DNA of 64,000 bases, taken from positions 91,401 to 155,400 of the forward strand of contig CAWHPO010000003.1 in NCBI GenBank assembly GCA_963831285.1, read 5' to 3'. Under the pieces are notes generated by a model. The model was not told where the DNA came from. It saw nothing but the letters and a program-made list of their open reading frames with translations, and ran no database searches. The DNA comes from an uncultured Gaiellaceae bacterium (lineage in GTDB: Bacteria; Actinomycetota; Thermoleophilia; Gaiellales; Gaiellaceae). The position numbers and the translations under genes were made by a program. Positions 1 to 9,612 of the stretch are shown here, piece by piece. Within the stretch, counting starts at the first letter, position 1. Every line of letters starts with the position of its first letter.

Positions 1-753
1 CCGCACGGAGACGGCTTCGGGACGCACGGCCGTGGCTCCGTCGACGTTCCCGAGCCCGAGGAAACGGGCGACGTCGGCGTCACGAGGGTGCGCCCAGAGG
101 TCGTCCGGCGTCGCGGTTTGCACGACTCGGCCCTCGCGCATGACGGCGACGCGGTCGCCGAGCGCGAACGCTTCCGTCTGATCGTGGGTGACGTAGACCG
201 CGGTCAGGGCGAGCTCGTCGAAGAGCGCTTCGAGATCCTCGAGGAGGCGGTCGCGCAGCCGCCGGTCGAGCGAGCCGAGAGGCTCGTCCAGAAGGAGCAC
301 GCGCGGCTCGGGCGCGAGAGCACGCGCGAGGGCCACGCGCTGACGCTCGCCGCCGGACAGCGTTCCGACGGAGCGGTGCTCGAAGCCGTCGAGGCCGACG
401 AGCCGGAGCAGGTGACCGACCCGAGCCCCGATGCGCTCGGGCGGGTCGCCGCGCATGCGGAGCCCGAACGCGACGTTCCCGAAGACGTCGCGGTGCGGAA
501 AGAGCGCGTGATCCTGGAAGACGAGGCCGATCCCGCGTCGATGCGGGGCAACCGGAGCGAGGTCCGCGCCGTCGAGCAGGACCCGGCCCGCGTCAGGGTG
601 CTGCAGGCCCGCGATCACCCGCAGCAGCGTCGTCTTCCCCGATCCGCTGGGCCCGAGAATCGTGACCACCTCGCCCGCCCCCACCTCGAGGTCGGCGCCG
701 ACGAGCGCGAGCGTGTCCTCGAGCCGAACGGTCACGCCCTCCACCCGGAGCAT
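1..753 (-). CDS. thiQ: ABC importer ATP-binding protein (thiamine/iron(III) type); 3' end runs off the window
   Basis: Absent from the ORF track because it is open at the window edge. Minus-strand translation from ATG at 753 gives MLRVEGVTVRLEDTLALVGADLEVGAGEVVTILGPSGSGKTTLL (Walker A), then LSGGERQRVALARALAPEPRVLLLDEPL (ABC signature and Walker B). The + ORF 88..759 is its antisense shadow. The start is 3 nt after the permease stop. Confidence 0.85.
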   Translation of the reverse strand, partial: MLRVEGVTVRLEDTLALVGADLEVGAGEVVTILGPSGSGKTTLLRVIAGLQHPDAGRVLLDGADLAPVAPHRRGIGLVFQDHALFPHRDVFGNVAFGLRMRGDPPERIGARVGHLLRLVGLDGFEHRSVGTLSGGERQRVALARALAPEPRVLLLDEPLGSLDRRLRDRLLEDLEALFDELALTAVYVTHDQTEAFALGDRVAVMREGRVVQTATPDDLWAHPRDADVARFLGLGNVDGATAVRPEAVSVR

Positions 754-755
754 CG

Positions 756-2363
756 CTAGAACCAGCCGTCCCGCGTCGGGCGGAGGCGCTCGACCAGAAG
801 CACCGAGACGACGGTGACGGCGAGGAGGACGACGGCGAGCGCGTAGGCCTCGGCGGCGTTGAGCGCGCCAGGGCGTCCGAGGAAGCGGAAGATCGCGACC
901 GGCAGCGTCGGACGATCCGGTCGCGCGAGGAACACCGTCGCGCCGAACTCCCCGAGCGAGATGGCGAACGCGAACCCGGCCGCGACCGCGAGCCCGCGCG
1001 ACACCACGGGCAGGTCGATCTCGCGGCGCACCCGGCCGGGCGAGGCTCCGAGGAGCGCCGCGGCCTCGCGTTGCCGCTCGTCGATCGAGCGCAACGTCGG
1101 CACGACGATACGGACGACGAACGGGATCGCCACGAGCGCCTGCGCGACCGGGACGATCCACGGCGCTGCCCGGAAGTCGAGCGGTGGCGTGTCGAAGGCG
1201 ATGAGGAACCCGAGACCGAGCATCACCGCAGAGGCGCCGAGCGGCAGCAGCACGAGCGTGTCGAGCAGGCGAGAGCCGCGGCCCTCGACGACTGCGAACG
1301 CGGCCAGCCCCCCGACGACGACGGCGATCGCCGTCGCGGCCGTTGCGTACACGACGGAGTTCACGACCGCGGTCCAGGGAGCCGCGAGCAGGATGCTCGT
1401 CTCGTCGCCGAGCGCCCGGTAGGCGGCGAGGCCGTGCCCGCCGCCGACGGCGAGCGAGCGCTCGACGAGCACCGCCAACGGGAGGCCGAGGAAGAGCGCG
1501 AGCCCGCCGAGGCTCCCGACGACGACGAGCTTCTCGGCCAGGGTGTGTGGGCGGCGCAGGACGTCCCGCTCGGGCCGAAGCGTGCCGGGAGACACGATGC
1601 GCCGTTCGAGCCGCGTGGCCGTCACCACGGCGGCGAGGACGCATGCGAGCTGGACGAGCGACAGGACCGCGGCCGCGCGCAGGTCGAACATCCGCACGGC
1701 CTGGTCGTAGATCTCGGCCTCGATCGTCGCGTACCGCGGCCCGCCGAGGATGAGGACGATGCCGAACGACGTGAACGAGAAGAGGAAGACGATGGCGGCG
1801 GCGGCCGCCAGCGCCGGAGAGAGCAGCGGCACCGTGATCTCACGGAAGCGCTGGCGCGGGCTCGCGCCGAGCGTCGCCGCCGCCTCGGACAGGCGCGGGT
1901 CGAGATTCGCCCAGAACGTCCCGACCACGCGCACGACGACGGCGACGTTGAAGAAGACGTGCGCGACGAGGATCGGCGCCCATCCCTGCTGGACCGGCCC
2001 GGGCAGGATCGCGAGGAACGCGAGAGCGACCACGACCGTCGGCAGCACGAACGGCACGAGCACCACGGCGCTCACGACGCTGCGCCCCCGGAAGCGGTAG
2101 CGCCCGATGACGTACGAGGCGGGCAGCGCGACCGCGAGGGTGAGGAGCGTCGATGCGACGGCCTGCCACACGGTGAACCAGACGACCTCGCGCGTGAGCG
2201 GGTCGGTCAGGACGTCGAGCGGCGCGCTTCCCTCGCCGCGCAGCCCGCGCTCGACGATCGCCCACAGCGGGTAGACGAAGAACAGGGCCAGGAACGCGAG
2301 CGGCAGGCCGTAGGCGAAGGCCCGCCACGCGCGGCCGCTCAGCGCACGACGATGTCCGTCCAC
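756..2363 (-). CDS. thiP: ABC importer permease with a duplicated transmembrane domain (ThiP/FbpB type)
   Basis: The 535 aa ORF is hydrophobic throughout and has two permease halves. It lies between the binding protein and the ATPase. Its GTG start overlaps the corrected thiB 3' end. Confidence 0.85.
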   Translation of the reverse strand: MDGHRRALSGRAWRAFAYGLPLAFLALFFVYPLWAIVERGLRGEGSAPLDVLTDPLTREVVWFTVWQAVASTLLTLAVALPASYVIGRYRFRGRSVVSAVVLVPFVLPTVVVALAFLAILPGPVQQGWAPILVAHVFFNVAVVVRVVGTFWANLDPRLSEAAATLGASPRQRFREITVPLLSPALAAAAAIVFLFSFTSFGIVLILGGPRYATIEAEIYDQAVRMFDLRAAAVLSLVQLACVLAAVVTATRLERRIVSPGTLRPERDVLRRPHTLAEKLVVVGSLGGLALFLGLPLAVLVERSLAVGGGHGLAAYRALGDETSILLAAPWTAVVNSVVYATAATAIAVVVGGLAAFAVVEGRGSRLLDTLVLLPLGASAVMLGLGFLIAFDTPPLDFRAAPWIVPVAQALVAIPFVVRIVVPTLRSIDERQREAAALLGASPGRVRREIDLPVVSRGLAVAAGFAFAISLGEFGATVFLARPDRPTLPVAIFRFLGRPGALNAAEAYALAVVLLAVTVVSVLLVERLRPTRDGWF

Positions 2364-3446
2364 TCGCGAACCCAGCGCTCGCGGTTCTCGTCGATCGTCG
2401 CGGGAGACAGCTCGAGTGGATGCTCCGGGACGATCGCGAAGCGAGCGAACTCGGGCGGCAGGGGGACGTCACGGCGAGCCGGGAAGACGAACATCTGCAG
2501 CGGGATGTCCCGCTGGAAGCGCGCGCGACAGCAGGAAGTCGATCAGCTCGCGCGCTCCCTTCTCGTTCCGGGCGCCCCGGAGCACGCCGGCGAGCTCGAT
2601 CTGCCTGAAGCAGCTGTCGGCGACGACGCCCGTCGGCGCCGTCTTCGGTCGGGGGTCCCGGAAGATGACCTCGGCCGGCGGGCTCGAGGCATACGAGACG
2701 ACGATCGGACGCGTGCCGTGGCTGCCTGCGGCCCCCGAGAAGCGCGCCGTGTACGCGTCCTCCCACCCGTCCACGACGAGCACGCCGTTCGCCCGGAGCT
2801 TGCGCCAGAAGTCCTGCCAGCCGTCTCCGAACCGTGCGATGGTCGCGAGCATGAACGCGAGGCCCGGCGTCGACGTGGCCGGGTTCTCGACGACGAGCTC
2901 GTTGCGGTAGCGGGGCCGCGTGAGGTCGGCGAGGGAGCGGGGCGGGGGAACGCCCTCCTCCGCGAACCAACCCCTGTCGACGTTGAGGCACACCTCCCCG
3001 TGGTCGATCGGCGTCACGCGGTGCTTCGGGTCGAGCTCGAGCTCCGGGTCGATGGCGTCGAGCGCGGGCGGCGTGTACGGCTCGAAGACGTCCCCCGCGA
3101 GCGTGCGCTCGACGAGGTTGTTGTCGACGCCGAAGAGGACGTCGCCCTCGGGATTGCCCGCGGTCAGGAGCGCCCGGGTGACGACCTCCCCCGCGTCTCC
3201 GCCCTTGAGGATGCGGAGCTTCAGCCCGGTCTTCTGCTCGAACGCGCGCTTCACCGAGGGCGAGATCGCGAACGCGTCGTGCGTGACGAGGACGACGTCC
3301 TTCGGCTGGCCGCCTCCGCCGCAGCCTGCGACCGCGAGGACCGCGACGAGCGCCGCGAGACCGCCGCTACTCCCCTTGCAACAACTTGTTACAAGGTGCC
3401 GACTCGCCGCGAGGGCACGCCCACAGCACTTGTAACAACTTGTCAC
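2339..3446 (-). CDS. thiB: Thiamine-type ABC substrate-binding lipoprotein with an apparent +1 frameshift near 2519-2527
   Basis: ORF 2469..3446 carries the lipobox LAVAGC and a TbpA/FbpA-like body. After ELIDFLLSRA the conserved C-terminus FQRDIPLQMFVFPARRDVPLPPEFARFAIVPEHPLELSPATIDENRERWVREWTDIVVR* continues in another frame to TGA at 2339..2341. Total length is 3n+1. The only in-frame start, GTG at 3446, lies inside a palindromic repeat. Confidence 0.75.
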
Positions 3447-3450
3447 TTGG
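3375..3450 (-). repeat. AT-rich double-palindrome element, copy A
   Basis: CTTGCAACAACTTGTTACAAG (3375-3395), 33 nt GC-rich spacer, CTTGTAACAACTTGTCACTTGG (3429-3450). Palindrome centres are 54 bp apart. The element overlaps the TPK stop and the thiB start. Confidence 0.8.
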
Positions 3451-4090
3451 CGTCTCCCGGCCGGATCGCGAGGAGGACGCCCCGCGCGACCTGCACGGTG
3501 GCGCCCTCGGCGGCGAACACGTTCGAGACGCCGCGCGTCGAGCCGGGCTCGAGCGTCTCGCCGCGGAGCGGGTAGACGAGGCCCTCGGTCGTGACGCCTT
3601 CCGCAGGCCCGTTCACCGCGAGCAGCGAGACGAGCTCGCCCGCCTCGCCCACCAGCGCACGCGTCCCGCGGACGATCTGGACGTGCGCCGCCCCGACGAG
3701 CGCGTCGATCTGCGCACCCGCGTAGCGGTCGGAGGCGAGGGCGAGAAGGCCCGCGAGCTCGTGGTCGAGGCGGCCGCCCCGAGGGGCGAGGACGAGGATC
3801 CGCGAGGGGCTCAGCCTCGAGGCCGCGTCGAGCGCGAGCTCGAGGTCGGTCGCGTCCTTGTCGGCGGGATGGCGCTCGATGCGCGTCCCGGCGGCCTCGG
3901 CGCGCGCGACCGCCTCGGGCGAGGCCGAGTCGAAGTCGCCGACGGCGAGCGCGACCTCGAGGCCGAGCGCCTGCGCCTGCTCGAGCCCGTCGTCGGCGGC
4001 GATCACGACCGCGCCGTGCGGGACGGCCTCGGCAGCGCGCGGCGAGAGCGGGCCACCCCCTGCGACAACGACCACCAGTTCCTCCGACAC
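3443..4090 (-). CDS. Thiamine diphosphokinase (TPK/ThiN family)
   Basis: ORF 3443..4108 has a GDFDS catalytic motif and a TPK-like length. I prefer GTG at 4090, 8 nt after GGAGGAAGG. The ATG at 4108 lies inside the conserved riboswitch segment AAUGCCAGCG. Confidence 0.75.
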   Translation of the reverse strand: MSEELVVVVAGGGPLSPRAAEAVPHGAVVIAADDGLEQAQALGLEVALAVGDFDSASPEAVARAEAAGTRIERHPADKDATDLELALDAASRLSPSRILVLAPRGGRLDHELAGLLALASDRYAGAQIDALVGAAHVQIVRGTRALVGEAGELVSLLAVNGPAEGVTTEGLVYPLRGETLEPGSTRGVSNVFAAEGATVQVARGVLLAIRPGDAK

Positions 4091-4183
4091 GCCTTCCTCC
4101 GCTGGCATTACCCAGATCAGGTTCTGCGGGTCGGCGGCGCGGTAGCCGCCCTCTCAGCCCGGTTGCCCCGAGCTCCCCGTCAC
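4091..4183 (-). promoter_or_regulatory. TPP (THI-box) riboswitch
   Basis: The minus strand reads GGGGAGCUCGGGGCAACCGGGCUGAGAGGGCGGCUACCGCGCCGCCGACCCGCAGAACCUGAUCUGGGUAAUGCCAGCGGAGGAAGG. It contains the diagnostic CUGAGA and ACCUGAUCUGGGUAAUGCCAGCG motifs. The 3' end abuts the Shine-Dalgarno sequence of the TPK gene. Confidence 0.85.
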
Positions 4184-4230
4184 GTCCTCATGATGCTAGC
4201 GCTAGTGCTCCCGGACGCCCGCGGTGTGGC

Positions 4231-7200
4231 TCAGCTGCTCATGGTGATGGTGACCTTCTGGCTCGTACTGGTGATGGTCGCCGTCACGATGAGGTTCTTG
4301 TTGTTGCCACTCGCGCGCGTTGCCGTGAACGTGGCCGTAGTCGTCGATGCCCCATTGGCGATCGAAAGTGCAGCGGCTCCGCTGGGCGTCACGGTGCCCT
4401 CGCTACCCGTGCCGGAAGCAGGCTTCGTGAGATCGATCGTGATGTTGGTCCCAGTCGTGTTGAGGACGGGATTCTGGAACTGGTCGACGAGGGTTAGCTT
4501 GGCGGTCAGGACGTTGCCGCTGCTGTTTGCCTCTCCCGTGGACGAGCAGGAGAGGTTGCCGACCAAGCCGGTGCAGCTCAGGGCGGGACTTGGTGAGGTC
4601 GTGGTGTTCGAGACGATGATTCCTGCAGCGGGGCCGGCCGAGACGGTGACCGCCAGCCCGGATCCGTTGTTGATCGATCCGTCGCTCACCACGATGTTCG
4701 CCGGCTCCGCCTTGTAGAGCCTCATCACGCCGTTGCTCAAGCCGCTCACGGTCGCGACGCCGGAGGCGAAGGTGATGGTGGTCGTCGATCCGAAGTTGAT
4801 CGCCGTGCCCAGACCGTTGGTGACGGTCGGGTTGTTGCCACCAACTGATCCGGCTCCAGAGAAGTTGAGGCTCTTCGAGCCCGTGTACCCGGTCGCGGTG
4901 TTTCCGAACGAGTCGCGCGCGGTGATCGTGAGGTTGTCGGCGGCACCGGCGGCAGGCGTCGTCGTGGCCGCTGCGAGCAACAGGTTCGCCGCCACCGCCG
5001 GGCTCACGGTGAAGTTGCCCGAGGTGCCGGTGATCGTCGGCGACCCGCTGTTGTCCGCTGCCGTGAGCGTCGTCGTCTCGGCCTTCCTGAGCGTGATCGA
5101 GTTGGCCGGAAGCGTCGCCGTGCCGCTCGCGAACGTCACCGAGGCGGGATAGGTCGGGGCCGCTCCGCTCGGGGCGTTGCCCGGGCCGCTGAACGTGATC
5201 GTCTTCGCTCCGGCGTACGTGACGCCGTTGTACTTGGTGGTATTCGTGCCGTTGACCTGGAGCTGGAGCGTTACCCCCCCGAACGCGACTCCGGCGGTCT
5301 GAGCGCCCGGGTTGCCGACGGTGAAGGTGTAGGTGTTGTTGACCGTCACGTCGACGATCGGCGTGGTGCTCGAGTTGCCGGCCGAGTCGGTGATGAGGGC
5401 GCGCAGCCGGTACGGGCCGTTTGCGAGGTCGGTCGTGTTCCAACCGACCTGGTAGTCGGGGCCGGAGGAGCTCGATCCGATCGACGTCGACGGGGTGCAG
5501 CTCGTTCCCGCGCAGTAGCTGTACGAGACGGAGGCGACGCCCGACGTCGCATCGCCGGCGTCCGCGGACCTGAGCGGGACCGTCCCCGAGACGTTGCCAG
5601 CCGGCGGATTCGTGATCGAGCCGGTCGGATCGACGGTGTCGACCTTGATCGTCGCGGTGGCGTTGGCGGCCTCCGTGTTCGTGGCGTTGTCGGCCGACCA
5701 GTACGTGATCGTGTGCGAGCCATCGGGGATCGAGACGGCGCCCGAGTACGTCTGGGCCGTTCCCGAGTCGATCTTGTAGAAGCTGCTCGCGATCCCCGAG
5801 CTCGGCGCAGGATCGGTTGCGCTCAGCGTGAACGTCGGCGCGGTGGGGCCCTTGTACCACCCGTTCGACCCGGTCGGCGAGGCGGGGCTGAGCGCGATCG
5901 TTCGTCGTCGGCTTCTGCGTGTCGATCTTGACCGTCACCGAGCCTGCAACCTCGTCGTTCGTGGCGGCGTCCGTCGCGTGGTACGTGATCGTGTGCTGAC
6001 CGTCGTTCGAACCGTTCACCGGCGCTGGGACGACCACGTCCGTGCTCGCGACACCCCCCGCGCCGGCGACGTCGACCGGGCTCCCGGCATCGACCCGGTA
6101 CCGCAGGTTGGTGACGCCCGAGCCGGTCGACGAGTAGCCGGGGTCGCTCGCCGCAAGGTGCACCGTGACGGCGCTGTTGTGCCAGTTCGAGTCCGCGCCC
6201 GTCGGCGTCGTCTGCGGCGTCGTCGTGTCGATCTTGACCGTGACGGTGTTCGAGGGCGTCTCCGCGTTCGCCGCGTTGTCGGTCGCGTAGAAGGCGATCG
6301 CGTGCTGGCCGTCGTTGGAGTGATCCGAGGGCGCCGCAATCACCACGTCGCCGCTCGAGCCGCCGAGTGCCTGCTGGGACCCGCCGTCGATCTGGTACTC
6401 GACGTTCGCCACCCCGGAGCCGTTCGCTCCGTTCGGGTCGGTGGCGGACAGGTGCACCGTGACTGCAGTGTTGTGCCAGTTCGCGTCCTGTCCGCTCGCG
6501 CTGCTCGACGGCTTCGTCGCGTCGTACTTGAACGAGATTCCTCCCGAAGCCGAGTTTCCGGCCTTGTCGGTGCAGGAGAAGGACAGCGACGCCGAGGAGG
6601 TGTCGGGTCCGCCGTAGACGACATCCGGATCGCAGGACTGGATCCCGCTCCCGCCCGTGTCGGTGCTGCTCGAGGCGGAGAACGTGATCGCGTGGTTGTA
6701 CCAACCGGCCGAGTCCGGAGCTCGTCCGGCAGTCACGTCGACGACGGGATCGACCGTGTCCTTCGTGTACGTGCTCGTCGTCGGCGCGGACTCGTCGTCG
6801 TACGGCGCCTGGCTCGTGGCCCTGGCGGCGAACGTCAGCGGGCCGTCGTCCAGCGAGCTCAGGTCGATGCCACTGAAGCTCACCGTCGCCGCGCCGTCCG
6901 ACGGCGGACCCGCGCTCGCGCTGACGTCGGGCGGGCTTCCGTCAGAGATCGTGAGCTGGATCGTGTCGCTTGCGAGCGAGGTGGCGGGAACCGAGACGTC
7001 GACGTCCACGCTCGCCTCGTTCGCGCCGCTGACGTACTGGGCGCCCTGCCCGGTGCCGTTCGCGAGCGTCACCGATGTCGGCGGTTCGGGCGCGATGATC
7101 GCGGATGCGCTGTGCGAGCTCTCGGCTCCGAGCCAGTTGTGGAACTTCGGCGTGACCGTGTACTGCCAGCGGCCCGTCGGCAGGGCGTTCTCCGTGCACG

Positions 7201-7816
7201 ACAGGCTGGGGGTGGATCCCTGCCTGAGGCCTGTGCACGACGCTGCGGGGACGATCGCGCTTCCCCCGCTCGCCGCATAGCGGCTGACGAGGTACCCGCC
7301 GGCAGGATCGGCGCCCAACGGGCCGCCGAGAAAGGCAGGCGAGTTCTGTGCCCACGAGATCGTGACGTCCCTGCTCGATACGCTCGGCGTGTCCGGCGTG
7401 TTCCCGCCGTTGAGCGTCCCCGCCTGTGCAGCCCCGAACGAGCCCGCGCTTGCTCCGGCGACGAAGAACGCGATCACTCCGCCGACCAGCGCGAGCCCGA
7501 CGGCAACGATCGCGGCGACGGCCGCCAAGCGCCGCGAACCGCGTCCGACCGGGCCGAAGAGCCGCCGAGGAACCTCCCACCGCCCCGGACAGACCCTGGG
7601 CGGCCCAGCGGTCTCGACTCCGGACGCTCCCAGATCGCGCTTTCGCCTGACCTCCTGGAAGAGCATGCGACCCTTCGCCGCGCGCTCCCGCTTCTCGAGG
7701 ACGATGCTGAACAGGCGCCTCCCGTCCTCGTGTGCCGCCGCCGCGTCCGCAGGGGCAGAAACGAGCTGGGACGAAGCTCGCTCTCGGCGCGACGGGATGC
7801 GGAACGGCCACCTCAT
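4231..7816 (-). CDS. Large membrane-anchored Ig-repeat surface protein (adhesin-like, about 1195 aa) with one apparent frameshift near 5895-5905
   Basis: The ATG at 7816 overlaps the upstream stop (ATGA). There is a cytoplasmic N-terminus, then a TM segment AAVAAIVAVGLALVGGVIAFFVAG. Repeated modules follow (WHN.AVTVHL.A.DP..GSGV....Y..DGG ... DG.H.I.Y.ATD.A.N.E ... VTVKIDT..P). After KIDTQKPTT the frame shifts and runs into ORF 4231..5349, which is Big_1/invasin-like (LTITARDSFGNTATGY). Total length is 3n+1. Confidence 0.7.
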
Positions 7817-9039
7817 GACGGATCGTTCGTCCCGGACCCGGTGAACGTCAGCGTGAGCGTCTTGCTCTTGCACGCGTCCTGGTTGCCCGCCAGATCCTTC
7901 AGCCGTATCGCGGGCCGCTTGCCCGTCGGGGCCGTCGCGCTCGACGAAGCAGCGACGGGGAACTTCGGAGAAGACGTGGACGCGGCCCAGCCCTGCGTCG
8001 CGAAGTTCGAGGCGTCGCAGCCCGTCACGCCGGCGACGCCGACGTCCAAGGACGTCACGTAGAGCATCTCCGCGTTCGGATTCGTGATCGTCACCGGGAT
8101 CTCGGTGAACGAACTGCTCGGCTTGAGACCGCTGACCGCTCCGGTGATCGTGAAGTTCTGAGGCGAGCCCTTGTCCACCTTCCACGTGTAGGAGGCGACC
8201 GGCGAGACGTTCCCGGCGGCGTCGACCGCACGCACCGCGAACTGATGGAGGCCGTTGCTCGTCGTCTGGACCGCGTAGGTGTGGGGCGAGAGGCACGTCG
8301 CGTACGAGCCGTTCTCCTTGCTGCACTCGTAATGGTCGACCCCGCTCGCGGGAGCCGGGTCGCTCGACGACCAGGCGAACGTCGACGTCGCCGACGTGCT
8401 GGGATCGGGAGGCGTCTGCGAGAAGACCGGCTTGGTCGGGCCGACGGAGTCGACGAAGAACGCTCTCGACACGGCCGGCCCCGTCCCCGCCGAGCCGACA
8501 GCGCGAACCTGGAACGAATGCGCGCCCTGTGCGAGCGAGCTGTACGACCTGGGGCTTCCGCACGCGACGAACGACCCCGCGTCGAGCCAGCACTCGAACG
8601 TCGCGTTCGAGGCGTTGGACGAGAGCGAGAAGGACGCGCTCGGAGAATTCGTGATGCCGGACGGGCCGGCCGTGATCGCCGCCGACGGCACGACGATCGA
8701 CCACGTGTACGTCGTCTCGGGGCTGGTCTGTCCGGACTTCGTCGCCCGGACCCGGAAGGTATGGCTCCCGAGGCCGAGCCCCGTGTAGCTCTTCGGGCTC
8801 GTGCAGGCGGCGTACGTACCGGAGTCGATCCTGCACTCGAACGTCGCGCCGCCGGTCGCGGAGAACGAGAACGCCGCGCTCGTGGATGCGCTCGGGTTCG
8901 GCGGGCTCGCGCTCATCGTCGGCGCCGAGATCGTCGGCGCGGCTGCGGAGATCGCCACGACCAAGGCTGCGGCCCCGATGACACCGAGCACGACCAGGAG
9001 CGTCGTCCTGGCCGTCCGCGCTGTCAGCAGACGCCTCAC
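7813..9039 (-). CDS. Membrane-anchored protein with three Cys-containing Ig-like repeats and a TasA-locus C-terminal domain
   Basis: The GTG at 9039 overlaps the upstream TGA (GTGA). Three repeats are present: FECRIDSGTYAACTSPKSY..HTFRVRA, FECWLDAGSFVACGSPRSY..HSFQVRA and YECSKENGSYATCLSPHTY..HQFAVRAVDAAGN. The C-terminus (..TGCDASNF...DACKSKTLTLTF) resembles the two upstream small proteins. Confidence 0.7.
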   Translation of the reverse strand: MRRLLTARTARTTLLVVLGVIGAAALVVAISAAAPTISAPTMSASPPNPSASTSAAFSFSATGGATFECRIDSGTYAACTSPKSYTGLGLGSHTFRVRATKSGQTSPETTYTWSIVVPSAAITAGPSGITNSPSASFSLSSNASNATFECWLDAGSFVACGSPRSYSSLAQGAHSFQVRAVGSAGTGPAVSRAFFVDSVGPTKPVFSQTPPDPSTSATSTFAWSSSDPAPASGVDHYECSKENGSYATCLSPHTYAVQTTSNGLHQFAVRAVDAAGNVSPVASYTWKVDKGSPQNFTITGAVSGLKPSSSFTEIPVTITNPNAEMLYVTSLDVGVAGVTGCDASNFATQGWAASTSSPKFPVAASSSATAPTGKRPAIRLKDLAGNQDACKSKTLTLTFTGSGTNDPS

Positions 9040-9515
9040 GTTCCCACCGCCAGGTAGACCGTGAACGACGCCCCCTGGCACTCCGTCCCCGCGGACGTGG
9101 CGAGGCTCACCGCGCCGGTGAGATCGAGCGGCCAGCCAGTTGCGTTCGCGGGCACCATCCAGCCTCCGCCGCCGTTGTCCTGGGTCGCGTACGTGAGGGC
9201 CGAGACGTCACACGCCGAGTGGCCCGGGTCCACGCCGAAGCCGTCCTCCCCCTGGCTCGTGTCGAGCACGAGGCTCGGCACGTTCACGGAGAACGGGTTC
9301 GGGTTGGTGATCTCGACGGCGACGTCCGCCGACGTTCCGGGGAACAGGAAAGCCGTCGGGCTCCCATTGCTGAGAGTCAGCGGATCCGGGTTCGCGACCG
9401 ATGCAGCCGCCGCCCCGGTTCCGGTCGAGGTCCAGTAGGCGAGCGCGCCGCCCGCGAGAACGAACACGGCGACCGCCGCCGCGATGATCGTGAGCCTTCG
9501 GTGTCTGCGTGTCAC
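9036..9515 (-). CDS. Small secreted protein with a SipW/TasA-type N-terminus
   Basis: 159 aa. The N-terminus is RRLTIIAAAVAVFVLAGGALAYWTSTGTG. The body has a conserved Cys pair (HSACDVSAL ... TECQGASFTVYL). Confidence 0.65.
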   Translation of the reverse strand: MTRRHRRLTIIAAAVAVFVLAGGALAYWTSTGTGAAAASVANPDPLTLSNGSPTAFLFPGTSADVAVEITNPNPFSVNVPSLVLDTSQGEDGFGVDPGHSACDVSALTYATQDNGGGGWMVPANATGWPLDLTGAVSLATSAGTECQGASFTVYLAVGT

Positions 9516-9612
9516 GTCTGCGTGTCTGTGTCGGTGGGTGACAGAGGGGCGATGGCTCTGCGCCGCCGCCCCTCCGCCGGTTGACCTGCCCGAGTTGCCT
9601 GGCGCCCTTTTC

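Noticed and set aside
1071-3575. Very long ORFs antisense to real genes (1071..3575 +, 14352..16103 -, 21332..24241 +, 48001..50769 -, 60351..62471 -, 55741..57678 - and similar)
   Set aside because: They are rich in Arg, Asp, Glu, Gly, Pro and other low-complexity sequence and lie opposite well-supported genes. They are the usual stop-poor shadow frames of high-GC DNA.
4403-8836. The 1477 aa ORF taken as one giant protein
   Set aside because: Only its central part (about 5900-7816) is the true frame of the Ig-repeat protein. The 5' part is out of frame across gene 7813-9039. The 3' part is an Arg-rich shadow of the real frame that continues into ORF 4231..5349.
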